The notes: a model not told the origin generated them from the sequence alone. Positions 49,055 to 62,690 are shown, numbered from the whole stretch's first letter. The stretch is 63,940 nt of DNA, filler included, from Chiloscyllium plagiosum (GCF_004010195.1; 4 parts of one record of this genome joined end to end with filler, not necessarily neighbours in it); one strand, 5' to 3'. Made by a program: numbers and translations.

Positions 49055-50740
49055 TAGTGAGAACCGCAGATGCTGGAAAGTCAAAGTCAATAAATTGTGG
49101 AGCTTGAAAAGCACAGCAGGTCAGGCAACATCAAAGGAACAGGAGTGGGCTGATGTTTCAAGTTGGGACCTTTTATCAGGGCTGGGGAGGGGGAAGGGGG
49201 CTGCGGAATAAGTGGGGTGGGTGGGGCTAGTGAAAGGTAGGTGAGATGGCAATGGCAATTAGGAGATGATTGTGATTGGTCAGTGGGAAAGGTAGAGCAG
49301 ATTGTTCAGAAGGAAGATAGACCGGAAGGTAAGGTGGGGGGGGTGTGTGGTGTGGAGACTGAGGGCTGGACCTGCGATGGGGTTGGGGAGGGGGGGAGAT
49401 TTGAAAGCTGGTGAATTCTATGTTAAAGGCCATATGGTTTTAGGCTCCCAAGGTGGAAGATGAGGTGTTCTTCCTCCAGCTTGCATGTGGCCTTGTTTTG
49501 ATGGTAGAGGAGGCTCAGGATGGACATGTCGTCTTGAGAGTGGGAGGTGGATTTGAAATGGCTGACAACCAGGAGCGTGTGGACCATGGATGTTCTCTGA
49601 ACCGGTTCCCAATTTTGCGCTTGGTCTCTCCGATGTAGAGGAGACTATATCGGAGCAACGGATGCAGTAAATCAGGTTGAAGGAAATGCAGGTGAATCCC
49701 CCTGCCGGACTTGGAATGATTCTTTGGATCCTTGGATGGAGGTAAGAGGGGAAGTGTGAGGGCATGTGATTCAGCTTCTGTGGGGGCAGGGAAAGGTGCT
49801 GGGTGTGGAGGAGAGGTTGGTGGGGAGTGTGGACCCAGAGAGGGAGTCACACAGAGAACTGTCCCTACTGAAGGCAGTTAGCGGTGGGGAGGGAAATATC
49901 TTTTCGGTGATGTGGTTAGACTGCAGGTGGCAAAAATGGCGGAGGATTGTGCGTTGGATTTGGAGATTGGTGGGATGGTATGTGAGAACCAGGGGGACTC
50001 TATCCTTATTGTGGTTGTGGTTGGGTTTGAGGGCAGAGGTGTGGGAAATGGAGGAGATGCAGTTGAGGACATTGTTGTTCGCTGGGGAGAGGCAATTATG
50101 GTCCTTGAAGTAGGAGGACATCTGGGATATCCTGGAGTGAAATCACTCATCCTGGGAGCAGATTCAGCGGAAGTGGAGGCATTGGGATCACATTTTTGCA
50201 GGAGGACGTTTAGTCAAGATAGCTGTGGGAGTCAGTGGATTTGAAACAGATGTCAGTGCTGAGTCAGTTGCCAGAGGTGGAGACGGAGAGGTCCGGGAAG
50301 AGGAGGGAGGTGTCCCAAGATGGTTCAGGTGAACTTAAGGTAAGGGTGGAAGGTGTTTATGAAGTTGATGAACTGTTCAATCTCCTCGTGGGAGCACAGT
50401 GCAGCATTGTTACAGTCATTAATGTAGGGAAGAAAAGGGTGGGGATGGTGTGGCATTTGGACTGTTCCATGTATCTTACGAAGAGACAGACATAGGTCGG
50501 ACCCATGCAGGTACACATAGTCACCCCTCTGGTTTGTGGAAAGTGGGAGGATTCAAAGGAAAAGTTGTGAGGACCAGTTCCGCCAGGCAGATGAGAGTGT
50601 TGGTGGTGGAGGGGTACTGGCTGGGCCTGCAGGAGAGGAAGAAACAGAGTGCTTTTAGGCCTTCATTATGAGGGATGGACATGTACAGCAAATGGATGTC
50701 TATGGTGAAGATAAGGTGTTGGGAGATGGGGGAATTGAAA
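49055..50740 (-). mobile_element. Decayed Penelope-like retroelement (RT C-terminal half plus GIY-YIG)
   Basis: LICLAELVLT; PYINDC (degenerate YIDD); RVPLVLTYHP; FTCISFNLIYCIRCS; LYIGETKRKIGNRFREH. Confidence 0.9.
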
Positions 50741-51239
50741 GTCAAGAGGGGAATTGAGCTTTTTCCCCATGCAGAGTCCTTGTGAAATGAAAACAATAAG
50801 GGCTAGAAAAACTTAGCAGGTCTGACAGTACCTGTTGAGAGTGAAACAGAGTTAACGTTTGAGTATGATGCAACTCATCTTTGTAAATGAAATTGTTATG
50901 CCTTGCAGTGCACTGCCTAAAGGATGTTCGAAGCAGATTGAATAATTACAAAAAAATAATATTGGCTAAGTTCTTCCAAGGTTTTGGGAAACAGCAGGGG
51001 AATAGGGATAGTTAGATAGCCCTTTCAAAGCACAGGAATAGAAACATCACATTTTCCTGACCTCCCTCTGTGCTGTACAATTCTAGAATATTCCATTTTG
51101 TTTTGAAACTTATTATTGAATCTGCCACCACCCTTCCATGAACCATAAATTGTGGAATATAAGTTGACCCGGTGTGCAAGTTATAGAGTCGTAGAGTTAT
51201 GCAGCACAGAATAGATACTTTGGATCAATTCGTCCATGC

Positions 51240-51937
51240 TGTTATGAAGGTGTATGGGGTACTGTACCTTTAAGAGAGTTAAAGGCTAACAGAACTACCT
51301 AAAAGCATCAAGTGTTCTGAACATAATACAATGTAACCTTTTGGTCCAGCAGCTAGGGTAGCTGCTTGCCTGAAGACAAAAAAACAAATTTGAATTAGGC
51401 CAATCAGTTTAATATCCCCCCAAAAAAACAAACACCAATTAAGTTTGAATTGAGTATATTGACAATATTAAAAGCCAATGACACAATCCGATGCTTTGGG
51501 GTATAAGACCAGGGGAAATTGAACAGTTGAGGGAGAACTGCCAAGCCAGTAGCATCTGCAGATTGCCCAGAGAATAGCTCTCTTAAAGGTATCCTTATCG
51601 ATCAGTGACCTGCGAAACAGAAATCCCTAAGAAGAAGAAAAGAAGACCGAGGAAGATTCGACAGTTGACTGATTTTGAAATTTGAATTTTGGTAAATCTT
51701 AATCAGGGGTTTTATTGGACTAGTATTATAGAAGGGAAAGTAAAAGATAAGTTAGAGGAAGGAGTTGTAAATAGTTGTTAGTTAATTATTCTCTGTTATA
51801 CTTTAAGAAATAAAGTTGTTACTTTTCCTTAAACTAGTTCTTGGCCGCTCGGATTTTCACAGATTACTACAAGAGATAAATCTTTTCTGTGTTGCTGGTT
51901 TAAATTAAGCAGGGGGTGTTTACCCCGTGTCGTAACA
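51240..51937 (+). mobile_element. Solo LTR (698 bp) inserted into a minus-strand CR1 3' end
   Basis: TGTTATGA...TCGTAACA termini; 4-bp TSD ATGC (51236-51239, 51938-51941); internal CCAAT boxes, TATAAG (51502) and AATAAA (51809). The CR1 sequence rejoins across it. Confidence 0.9.
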
Positions 51938-52277
51938 ATGCCGACCAGACATCCCATTCTGACCCAGTCCCATTTGTCAGCATTAGGCCTATATCTCTCT
52001 AAACCTTCCCTAATTACATACCTATCCAAATTCCTTTTAAATGTTGTAATTGTATCAATCTCCATCACTTCCTCTGGCAGCCCTTTCCATACATGCACCA
52101 CCCTCTGCGTGAACAGATTGCCCTTACAACTGGAGGTCAGGTTAACTATACTTGCTGCATTGTGAAGATGCATTGGGAGTTGAAGGCACCCCTTCCTACT
52201 TTTTGCATTAGATGCCATGGAAATTTAAAATGGTGACCACCCAGATCCTAGCTGGCTTTTCTCTTTCATTCCTAGCC

Positions 52278-52335
52278 TATAAGTCGACTCCCGTTTCCCA
52301 GAGAGATTTTACTAAGCTTCAAAGGTCGACTTATA
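52278..52335. mobile_element. Possible pogo/Tigger-type DNA transposon terminal fragment
   Basis: Perfect 11-bp inverted pair TATAAGTCGAC / GTCGACTTATA, resembling subterminal repeats of pogo-like MITEs. Confidence 0.4.
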
Positions 52336-52779
52336 TGCCCATGCCTATAGTAATGCAATTTCCCAGTTCGTGAACCACTCTGACTACTTCAACCTTACAC
52401 TAGGTGGCAGTCTCTTCCACGAGTTAATAGCTCTGAGGCACTTTTTCACATGATGCAAGGAACCTGTATTCACTTTAAATTGTACTCTATTAATTGGTGA
52501 AACACAAGATGGAACCTTGCTTTCAGAATGCTGCACTGAGGTGCATTAGTGAATGGGCTGTGAATCTGTGCAATTCCCACTACACTTTACAATGGCTACT
52601 CCACCAAAACACTTCAGAAACACTGAGTATTCAGTACATGATGTTCCAAGCCGATGGGAGCAAAGTGTTCAATTGGTTAACATTTGTACCCAGGGGAGAG
52701 TATTGTGTCCAATTCTGGACCGTGTTATCAAATATTTAGGTTTTGGAAAGGGTACAAGGGAGATATTGTTCAAAGATAT

Positions 52780-53090
52780 GATTGGTTAGCACTGCTGCCT
52801 CATAGCGCCTTGGACTTGGGTTTGATTCCACCCACTATGTGGTGTACACACCCTCTCCCCGTGTCTGCATGGGTTTCCTTTGGGTGCTCTGGTTTTCTCC
52901 TGCAGTCCAAAGATGTACAGGTTAGGTGAGTTGACCGATAGTGTGTAGGCTAGATGGGTTAACCATGGTAAATGTGGGGTTTTGGGATTAAGGTGGAGGG
53001 GGTGCTGGATCTGGGTGGGATATGTTTTGGAGAGTTGGTGCAGACTCGATGGGCCGAATGGCTTTGATCTGTTCTGTGCGGATTCTTTGA
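52780..53090 (+). mobile_element. HE1-like SINE; further copies at about 39985-40238(+) and 53745-53970(-)
   Basis: TGGTTAGCACTGCTGCCTCA head and V-domain. Confidence 0.8.
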
Positions 53091-54814
53091 CTTCAGCTCT
53101 GTAGAGCTTGACGTATGGGCACTAGTTTAAATTGTTCTGTCACTCAAGGGGCTGGCAAGCAAGTTTCAGAAAGATAAGGTTTGGAACAGCGTGATTTGAG
53201 AAATGGAGGCAATAAGTTGGTATTTAAAACAAAAAGAGTAATTATCGAAACATAACAAGCAGCAGAGCTATTGAGTAAAACCATTTGTGCCTTTCTGCTT
53301 GTGAAGCAGTGTTAGACAGAGGAAGCCGTGATCTCCAAAGCAGTGGATTGGACTGAGCCAGAGCAAAGGCTTTGGGTTAAATGAACAACAATTTTGAGTC
53401 AACCCTACTGACACACAGTCTGGGTTGGTGTCATTGGGACTCGTACGAAAGTGTGAGTGTCGGAAACTGGCTACCTGGACTTTCCTCCTCTTTCAGACTG
53501 TTTTGGAGGTAGATTGTTAAAAGCGGGGAAGTGGAACTGAAGGACGCAGGTGAGGAATGTGTGTATCTTCAGCTCATTCCCAGTTTCAGTGTCACCCGCT
53601 CTCCCTTCACAGCTAACCCTGTTTCAAAGATACTGTGTGAGGGATAAATATTTCTGGAACTCCTTCACCAGGCCCCGGGACTTCTGGAAGATGTGGAGAT
53701 AGAAAACCAGGCCTTTCAACCTTTCGCCTGAGAAATTACATCTGGAATCATAGAATCCCTACAGTGCAGGTAGAGGCCATTCAGCCCATCGGGTCTATGC
53801 CGATCCTCCCGCCCAGACCAACCTCAACCCCCTAACCTCATATTAGCCAAGGTCAGTCCACCTGGCTTGCACATCTTTGGATATTATGGGAAGAAACCTG
53901 AGCATCCGAAGGAAACCCACGACTGGGAGAACTCCAAACAGTGACCCAAGGCAGGAATCAAAACCCGGGTTCTGGGTTAGTGGTCCTGGAAGAGCACAGC
54001 AGTTCAGGCAGCATCCTAGGAGCAGTAAAATCGAGATTTTGACGTTTCATTGTTTTTACCTCGTTGATTTTAACCCTGCTGTGAATCCTCTTGCAAGGAT
54101 GCCTGCCTTGAAGAAGTTTTCCTCCTCTCTCTACAAGAATCTCAGGGAGTCCCTCACCCACTGCAACTCCCAGGTCCATCTATCCACTCTTATCTCCCCC
54201 ACCCCGACCTATCACCTTCATCCCCTCCCCCACTCACCTATTGTACTCTATGCTACTTTCTCCCCACCCCCACCCTCCTCNNNNNNNNNNNNNNNNNNNN
54301 NNNNNNNNNNNNNNNNNNNNNNNNTTAATTAATTAANNNNNNNNNNNNNNNNNNNNNNNNNNNNNNNNNNNNNNNNNNNNCTCCAACCCGTGACCATCAC
54401 CCTCCAACCTGCATCTACCTATCACCTTCCAAGTTACCCTACCCCCAGCTCCAGTCCCCCCTCCTATTTCAGCTCTTCCCCCCTCCACACTCCTGATGAA
54501 ATTTTAATTAGTAATGGGTTGAAGGGTTATGGAGATTGGTCAGGAAAGTGGAGTTGAGGCCAAAGTGAGATCATCCATGACCATATGAAATGGCAGAGCA
54601 GGCTTGAGGATCTTAATAGACTATCCCTACGTCTTATATTCTTACTTTCTAACCTGCATTAATTTGAGGTCATATTGAAGTTACATGGCACCATTACTGA
54701 TGCTGGCCTCATGTTCTCGTTTTAGTAACTGTGTTTAAAGTGCACCAGCTTCCATTTTGGGATTCGAAACCATATTCTCCGAGGATTAGCTTCTGGATTA
54801 CGAGTCTGAACTCC

Positions 54815-55005
54815 ACGAGGGTCAGTATCCTGTCGCTAACTCACCTTTTATTTACATGTGCATTGTACCAGACACTGATCCAGCTCCCTCAGAGCCAGCT
54901 CTCAGAGTGAACAGAACCTCTGATACTCCTGTTTATATCTGTCAGCCAGGGCCCCCTGATTGGACGAGGTTAATAGCCCCAGTCAGGGAACTCATATTCA
55001 CCACG
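54815..55005 (-). mobile_element. Probable LTR fragment
   Basis: On the minus strand, CCAAT, TATAAA and AATAAA occur in LTR order within about 120 bp. No clean termini or TSD found. Confidence 0.45.
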
Positions 55006-56319
55006 TGCTGAGCTGCTGCTGTTTGGAATTCTTTATTGTTCTGTAATATAAATCCTTTTCACAAAGTAAGAACTACTTCATTCCCAGACACTGAAAAGTA
55101 ATGCTACTGCTTTCCTTTTAATCCTGTTTTGTGTAACAACACTATATTTTTTTACGCTGTAAGATTTGTATCCAAGAGGGCATCACTAAAAGGCAGCCAT
55201 TGTAAAAACATTTCACTGCATTCCTGTATGTTTGTACAGGAGTACAAGTCACAATAAATACATTGAATACATTCAATTTGAGATCCAGCCTTGTTCCAGC
55301 CATTAGAGAGCCCATGTGCTGGCATCACTTGTGCACCAATATCTGCTTTTGTCCTTGTGAATGTGGCTCCAAACTGCTACCTTGAATTGCCACAGTCCAT
55401 ATGGTGTGGGTTCACCTTCAATGCTGTCAGGGATTGGGTTCCAGGATTTTAACCCAGTGACAGCTTCTTCCTTGAGTTGGTACAAGTTGTGGCTTTGGAA
55501 GGAGTCTGGACGAGGAGTCTGCAGTGCATCTGGAGGAAGGTGTTACTAGCAAGGCCAGAATTTGTTGCCCATCTCTAATTGCCATGGGAAGGCAGAATTG
55601 AGCTGTGCTCTTGAAATGCTACAGTCCTTGAGAGCAGGTTATCCCCATAGCGCTGTTCAGAAGGGAGTTCTAGGATTTTGATGGAGCCGCAGTGAAGGAA
55701 CAGCGATGTGGTTCCCTATTGGGTTGGTGCGTGTGCTTGGAGGTAGGTAGCTGACACTCTGCAAATCAACACTGACACATTGTAGGGGAAAGAGGAAATC
55801 TGGAGAGTCAACAGCTCATAAATAGCTGCTGTTCCTCTTCCACATGCGACCCTTCTTCACCCTCATGTGCAGTATCAAGTCACCCCTTATGCCATTTCAC
55901 CAGCTCCCTGAAGCTCAGATTTTCACTAAGTCCTTTGTGACAACTTCAGCCAGTGCAGGAAATGAAGCTGTACTGTTGGTAACAGTTTGCATCACAAACT
56001 GTCCATCCAGCCAATGGAACGAATCAACCCGCTAACCTTATATCTCAACACAAGGCACCATCATCTTGACGTTCCTGCGTTGTGACTAAAATACTTTCAT
56101 TCAGTAGGACCTGACATTGTTTCAATCTTTTTCAAACTCTTCAAAAGAAAATTTTTAAGTGTAATTGTGATTGTAATAGTAGGCAAACTCAGCAGCCAAT
56201 TAGCATACAGCAAGATCCAAATGTTTTCTGCCTTCCCTCCTTTACTTTCCCCTTCCCCCATTTCCTGTTCTCTCTTGCTCCCCCTTACACTCCTGCCTGA
56301 CAGAGAAACAGTGTGATAA

Positions 56320-58640
56320 CAACCATAGAACATTACAGCACAGAAACAAACCCTTTGGCCCACTGTATCTCTGCCAACCATGGTGACATTCAAAACTAAT
56401 CCCATCTGCCTGAACATGGTCCATATCCTTCTATCCCCGCCTGTTCATGTGTCTGTCCAAGTGCTTCTTAAACATTGCTATCATGTTTGCTTCTGGCAGC
56501 GTGTTCCAGGCATCTACCACCCTTTGTGTAAAAGACCTGCCTCACAAATCTTCTTTAAACTTTCTCCTTCTCGTTTTAAATATATGCCCGTGTATTGCCA
56601 ACCTTGGGGTAAAAAACACTAACTACGCACCCTACCCCTGCCTCTCCTAATTGTATATACTTCAATCAGGTCACCCCTCAGTCTCCAATGCTCTAGTGAA
56701 AACAATCCAAGTTTGTCCAACCTCACCTTACAGTTAACAAACTCCAATCCAGGCAACATCCTGGTAAAGCTCTTTTGCACCATCTCAGGGGAGAGGGGAG
56801 GGAGGGGACAGAGAGGTGGGGATCAAGGAAGGAAGAGGAGACAGTGAAAGTGAGGGAATGGGGGATACGAGGAGGGAGAGGGAAGAGGGTAAGGAGAGGG
56901 AAGGGAAGGGAAAGGGGAGACACTGAGGAAGAGGGGAGGGGGTAGATGGGGAGGGAGAGGGAAAGGGGAGATGAGAAGAAAAAGGAAAGAGGGGGAGACA
57001 GGGATGGAGAAGGAAGGGAGAGGGAGGAGAGAGGAAAGTGCCAGCTCTTATACTCAATACTCCGTCTGATGAAGGCAAGCATACCATATGCTTCTTGACC
57101 AATCTATCCACCTGTGCAACCACCTTCAGGGTACAATGGGCCTGGACTCCCAGATCTCTCTGCTCATCAACTTTTCCCAAGGCTCTTCCGTTTAGAGTAT
57201 AATTTGCTCTAGAATTCTCCTTACTCCAAAATGCATCATCTCACATTTGCCTGGTTTGAATTCCATCTGCCACTTCTCCACCCAACTCTCTGGTCTATCT
57301 ATATTCTCCTGTATTATTTGACAGTCCCCTATGTTTTCTGCTACTCCACCAAACTTCGTGACATCTGCAAACTTACTGATCAGACCATCAATGCCCTCTT
57401 CATTTTTGTACTTCGTAAACAACAGTGGCCTCAGCACTGATCCCTGTGGAACACCACTGGTCACCTTTCTCCATTTCGAGAAACTCCCTTCAACTACTAC
57501 TCTCTGTCTTCTGTTGCTCAACCAGTTCTTTTCCCACCTAGCTTGAACACCCTGCACACCATGTAATTTAATTTTCTCCATTAGTTTACCATGGGAAACC
57601 TTATCAAACACATTACATGTACAGCCCTTCCTTCATCTATCAACTTGGTCACTTCCTCAAAGAACTCTATTAAATTGACAAGGCACGATCTCCCCATACA
57701 AAACTATGTTGCCTATCACTGATAAGCCCATTCTGTTCCAAATATAAATAGATCCTATCCCTCAGTACCTTCTCCAGCAACATTCCCACCACTGACGTCA
57801 GGTTTACTGGTCTGTAGTTACCTGGAATATCCCTACTACCCTTCTTGAACAGGGGGACAACATGAGCAACTTTCTAGTCCTCCGGCACTTCACCTGTGTT
57901 TAAAGATGCTACAAAGATATCTGTCAGGGCCCCAGCTACTTCATCTCTCATCTCCTGGGATAGGTCCCATCTGGTCCTGGGGATTTGTCCACTTTAATAT
58001 CGTTTAGCCTACCCAACATATCGTCCCTCCTTGTGTCAATGTGATCCAAGGTAAACAAACTTCTCTCTCTAATCTCAACATTCATCATGCCCCTCTCCTT
58101 AGTGAACACTGATGCAAAGTAATCAGTGAGAACCTCACCCATTTTCTCAGGTTCGACATACCACCTTCCATCCTTATCGTTTAGCCGACCAACCCTTTCT
58201 CCCATTACCCGCTTGCTTCTTATATATGAATAAAAGGCCTTGGGATTCTCCTTAATTCTGCTTGCTAAATTTATTTCATGACTACTTTGAGCCAGCTTGA
58301 TTCCTTGTTTAAGATTGTTCCTACTGTCCCGATATTCCTCCGAGGCCCGTTCTGTTCTTAGCTTCCCACACCTTATGTACGCTTCCTTGTTCCTCTTGGC
58401 TAGTTGCACGATTTCTCCTGTTATCCACTGTTCACAAATCTTGCCTTTCCAATCACTTGTTTTCAAAAGGACATGCCTATCCTGCACTATCTTCAAAAGG
58501 CCTGTACTATGCTGTAATGTTCTATGTTCTATGTTCTATGAAACCCTCCCACACATCAAATGTGGACTTCCCTTCAAATAGCTGCACACAATTCACATTT
58601 CCCAGCTCCTGTCGAATTTTGATATAATTGGCCTTGGCCC
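56320..58640 (-). mobile_element. CR1 LINE ORF2 remnant(s) interrupted by a purine-rich tract (56787-57037)
   Basis: [31 protein letters not shown] and KFADVTK motifs. Confidence 0.9.
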
Positions 58641-58984
58641 AGTTTACTGAAACTTACAGGGTAAAAACAATGACTGCAGATGCTGGAAACCAGATTCTGG
58701 ATTAGTGGTGCTGGAAATCAGGTATTCCTGATGAAGCTTACAAATGTGTTGCTGGAAAAGCGCAGCAGGTCAGGCAGCATCAAAGGAGCAGGAGAATGGA
58801 CGTTCTGGGCATAAGCCCTTCTTTTAAGCTCTGATCTCCAGCATCTGCAGTCCTCACTTTCTCCTCTTCCTGATGAACGACTTTTGCCCGAAACATCGAT
58901 TTTACTGCTCCTTGAATGCTGCCTGAACTACTGAAGCTTCCAGAATTGTGGTCACTATTCCCAAAGAAATGCCCACTGCAACTT

Positions 58985-60815
58985 AGAGTCATAGAGTCAT
59001 AGAGATGTACAGCACAGAAACAGACACTTCGGTCCAACTTGTCCATTCCGACACATCCCAACCGAATCTACTCCCACCTGCCAGCACCTGGCCCATATCC
59101 CTCCAAACCCTTCCTATTCATATACCCATCTAAATGCCTCTTAAATGTTGCAAATGTACCAGCCTCCACCACTTCCTCTGGCAGCTCATTCCATACACGA
59201 AACGCCCTCTGTGTGAAAGAATTGCCCCTCAGGTCCCTTTTATATCTTTCCCCTCTCACCCTAAACCTATGCCCTCTAGTTCTGGACTCCCCCACCCCAG
59301 GGAAAAGACTTTGTCTATTTATCCTATCCATGCATCTCATAATTTTATAAATCTCTGTAAGGTCACCTCTCAGCCTCCAATGCTCCAGGGAAAACAGCTC
59401 CAGCCTGTTCAGCCTCTCCCTATAGCTCAAATCCTCCAACTCTGGCAACCTCCTTGTAAATCTTTTCTTAATCCTTTTATGTTTCACAACATCTTTCCGA
59501 TAGGAAGGAGACCAGAATTGCATGCAATATTCCAACAGTGGCCTAACCAATGTCCTGTACAGCTGCAACATGATCTCCCAACCCCTGTACTCAATACTCT
59601 GATCATAAAGGAAAGTATACCAAACGCCTTCTTCACTATCTTATCTACCTGCAACTCCACTGTCAAGGAGCTATGAACCTGCACTCCAAGTTTTCTTTGT
59701 TCAGCAACACTTCCTAGGACCTTACTATTAAGTGTATAAGTCCTGCTAAGATTTGCTTTCCCAAAATGCAGCACCTCGCATTTATCTAAATTAAACTCCA
59801 TCTGCAATTTCTCAGCCCATTGGCCCATCTGATCAAGATCCTGTTGTAATCTGAGGTAACTTTCTTCCCTGTCCACTACATCTCCAACTTTGTCATCCGC
59901 AAACTTACCAACTACCCCTCTTTTGCTCACATCCAAATCAATTATATAAATGATGAAAAGTAGTGGACCCAGCACTGATCCTTGTAGCACTCCACTGGTC
60001 ACAGGCTCCAGTCTGAAAAACAACCCTCCACCACCACCCTCTGTCTTCTACCTTTGAGCCAGCTCTGAGTCCAAATGGCAAATTCTCCCTGTATTCCATG
60101 AGATCTAACCTTGCTCACCTGTCTCCCATGGGGAACCTTGTCGAACACCTTACTAAAATCCATATAGATCACATCTACGTTCTGCCTGCATCAATCCTCT
60201 TTGTTACTTCTTCAAAAAACTCAATCAAGTTTGTGAGACATGATTTCCCATGCATAAAGCCATGTTGACTATCCCGAATCAGTCCTTGCCTTTCCAAATA
60301 CATGTACATCCTGTCCCTCAGGATTCCCTCGAACAATTTGCTCACCACTGAGGTCAGGCTCACTGGTCTATAGTTCCCTGGCTTGGCCTTACCACCTTTC
60401 GTAAACAGTGGCACCACGTTAGCCAACCTCCAGTCTTCCAGTATATCACATGTGACTACTTCTTCCACCTGGCCTGGCTTATTCCCCAACACCAGGTCCA
60501 ATATGGCCCCTTCCCTCATTCAACAATTGACATACTGCTCTCGAAAGCTTTCCCAGCTACTCCTCAGAAATTCTGCCCCATCCAGACCTCTGACACGAAA
60601 TGTATCCCAGTCAATGTTGGGAAAATTAAAATCTCCCATCACTACTGCCCTGTTGCCTCTACATCTTTCCATAATCTGTTTATCTATTAGTTCTTCTACC
60701 TAATGCTTACTGTTGAGAGGCCTGTAATACAGCCCCAACAATGTAACTGCACCCTTCTTATTTCTGAGCTCCACCCATAATGCCTTTCTGCTCAAGCCCT
60801 GCGTACTGTCCTCCT
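58985..60815 (-). mobile_element. CR1 LINE, from the end of the APE endonuclease through RT (internally deleted) to the 3' tail
   Basis: [32 protein letters not shown] and RPLLEYCMQFWSP motifs; CTATGACT tail. Confidence 0.92.
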
Positions 60816-61914
60816 TTGGGTGGAAGGGAAATAGGAGGAGAAGGGTGTAGGGGAAATAATGAGAGAGAGATAGAAGGAGTGAAGGTGACTAGAAGGGTAA
60901 GAAGAATGATGGAGGTGGATGAGAGAAGACGGAATCGTGGGAGAGAGTAGGAGGAAAAACGATGGGGTGGAGGGGAAGAGGGAAAAGAGGGGAGAATGAG
61001 AGAGGAGGTGGGTGAGAGAGGAAGGGATCAGCATATTGAGGAGACTACATAGGGGCGGAATAGAATAAAATGGAATGGAATAGAATCAAATCAAATCAAG
61101 TAGCCTTTATTGCCGCATGCACGGGAATGAGTGCAGTGAAACGTTTGTAATGTCACCTCTCGGCACCACCTTAGGTACAGGGTACCTCGGTACAGATACT
61201 TCAAGTGTTTATTACAGAATTGAAATTGTTAAAAAAACGAATAGAATAGTGAAGGAATACAAAGTTTTAAAAGTCCTTGAATTACTCAAAGTCCAGAATA
61301 AGAATGAAAAGTATCTTTAAAAAACACTCTATATTATAATCCTTTTCACTAAGTTCATGCCCGCCAGGCTTCAGAACACAAGGCCTTGCTTCCTCCTACT
61401 CCGTGTTCTGGCCTGCAACTCCCTCCTCCCTCCCTCCAGGACTTGGACTGCCTCCCGCTCCAGGCTCCGGTCCGTGACTCTCCTCTGGGACTATGACTGC
61501 CTCCCGCCCTGGACTCCGGTTTGCAACTCACCTCCAGGACTTGTCTCCCAGGCCGGCCTGGGCTTGGATTACCTCACGCTCCGGCCCACAATTCACCTCC
61601 ATTCTCCACTCCCCTCCCCGTTTAAGAAGCTAAAAATTGGGGTGGGGAGAAAAACTGCAGAAAAGAGAAGGGAAAAAAGAGAGAAAAATGAAAAGGAACT
61701 AGCAAAGCAGAGGAGCTCCGGTTGGAGCATCCTATCCTGCAGCCATCTTGGACCAGGGAGGAGGGAGAGTGGGAGGAGAGATGGCAAGTGGAGGAAGGGG
61801 GAGGAGGGATAAGTGTGGAGAGAGAGGGAGTGAAAGGGAGAGGGGAGGGGAAGCTGGAGAAACAAATGGGTCAAGATGAAGGAGAGGATAGTTGGGGAGA
61901 GGAAGATGGTCAAA

Positions 61915-62168
61915 GATACAGTTAGTAATTTGCAGATGACACCAAAATTGGAGGTGTAGTGGATGGCAAAGAGGGTTACCTCAGGTTACAACAGGATCTT
62001 GACCAGATGGGCCAATGGGCTGAGAAGTAGCAGATGGAGTTTAATTCAGATAAATGCGAGGTGCTGCATTTTGGGAAAGCAAATCTTAGCAGGACTTATA
62101 CACTTAATGGTAAGGTCCTAGGGAGTGTTGCTGAACAAAGAGACCTTGGAGTGCAGATTCATATCTCC
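61915..62168 (+). mobile_element. CR1 RT fragment cut by a gap
   Basis: ADDTKIGG and MEFNSDKCEVLHFGK motifs. Confidence 0.88.
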
Positions 62169-62268
62169 NNNNNNNNNNNNNNNNNNNNNNNNNNNNNNNN
62201 NNNNNNNNNNNNTTAATTAATTAANNNNNNNNNNNNNNNNNNNNNNNNNNNNNNNNNNNNNNNNNNNN

Positions 62269-62690
62269 GTGGTGCTGGAAAGGCACAGCAGGTCAGGCAG
62301 CATCTAAGGAGCAGGAAAATCGACGTTTCGGACAAAAGCCCTTCATCAGGAATGGAGGCAGGAAGCCTCTAGGGTGGAGAGATAAATGGGGCAGGACAAG
62401 TGACCTGTCCTACCTGCCAATCTCCCTTCCCACCTATCCGCTCCACCCTCCTCTCTGACCTATCAGCTCCATCCCCACCCCCATTCACCTACTGTACTCT
62501 TTGCTATCTTCTCCCCAACCTCACCCCCTCCCATTTATCTCTCCACCCTGAAGGCGCCCTGCCTCCATTCCTGATGAAGGGCTTTTGCCCGAAATGTCAA
62601 TTTTCCTGCTCCTCGGAAGCTGCCTGACCTGCTGTGCTTTTCCAGCACCACTGTAATCTGGTTTCCAGCATCTGCAGCCCTCACTTTTGC
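62269..62690. mobile_element. Fold-back PLE element with two opposed hammerhead motifs (about 62318-62352 minus; 62567-62600 plus)
   Basis: Long inverted arms; CTGATGA-A-GGGC(TTTT)GCCC-GAAA on the plus arm. Confidence 0.8.
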
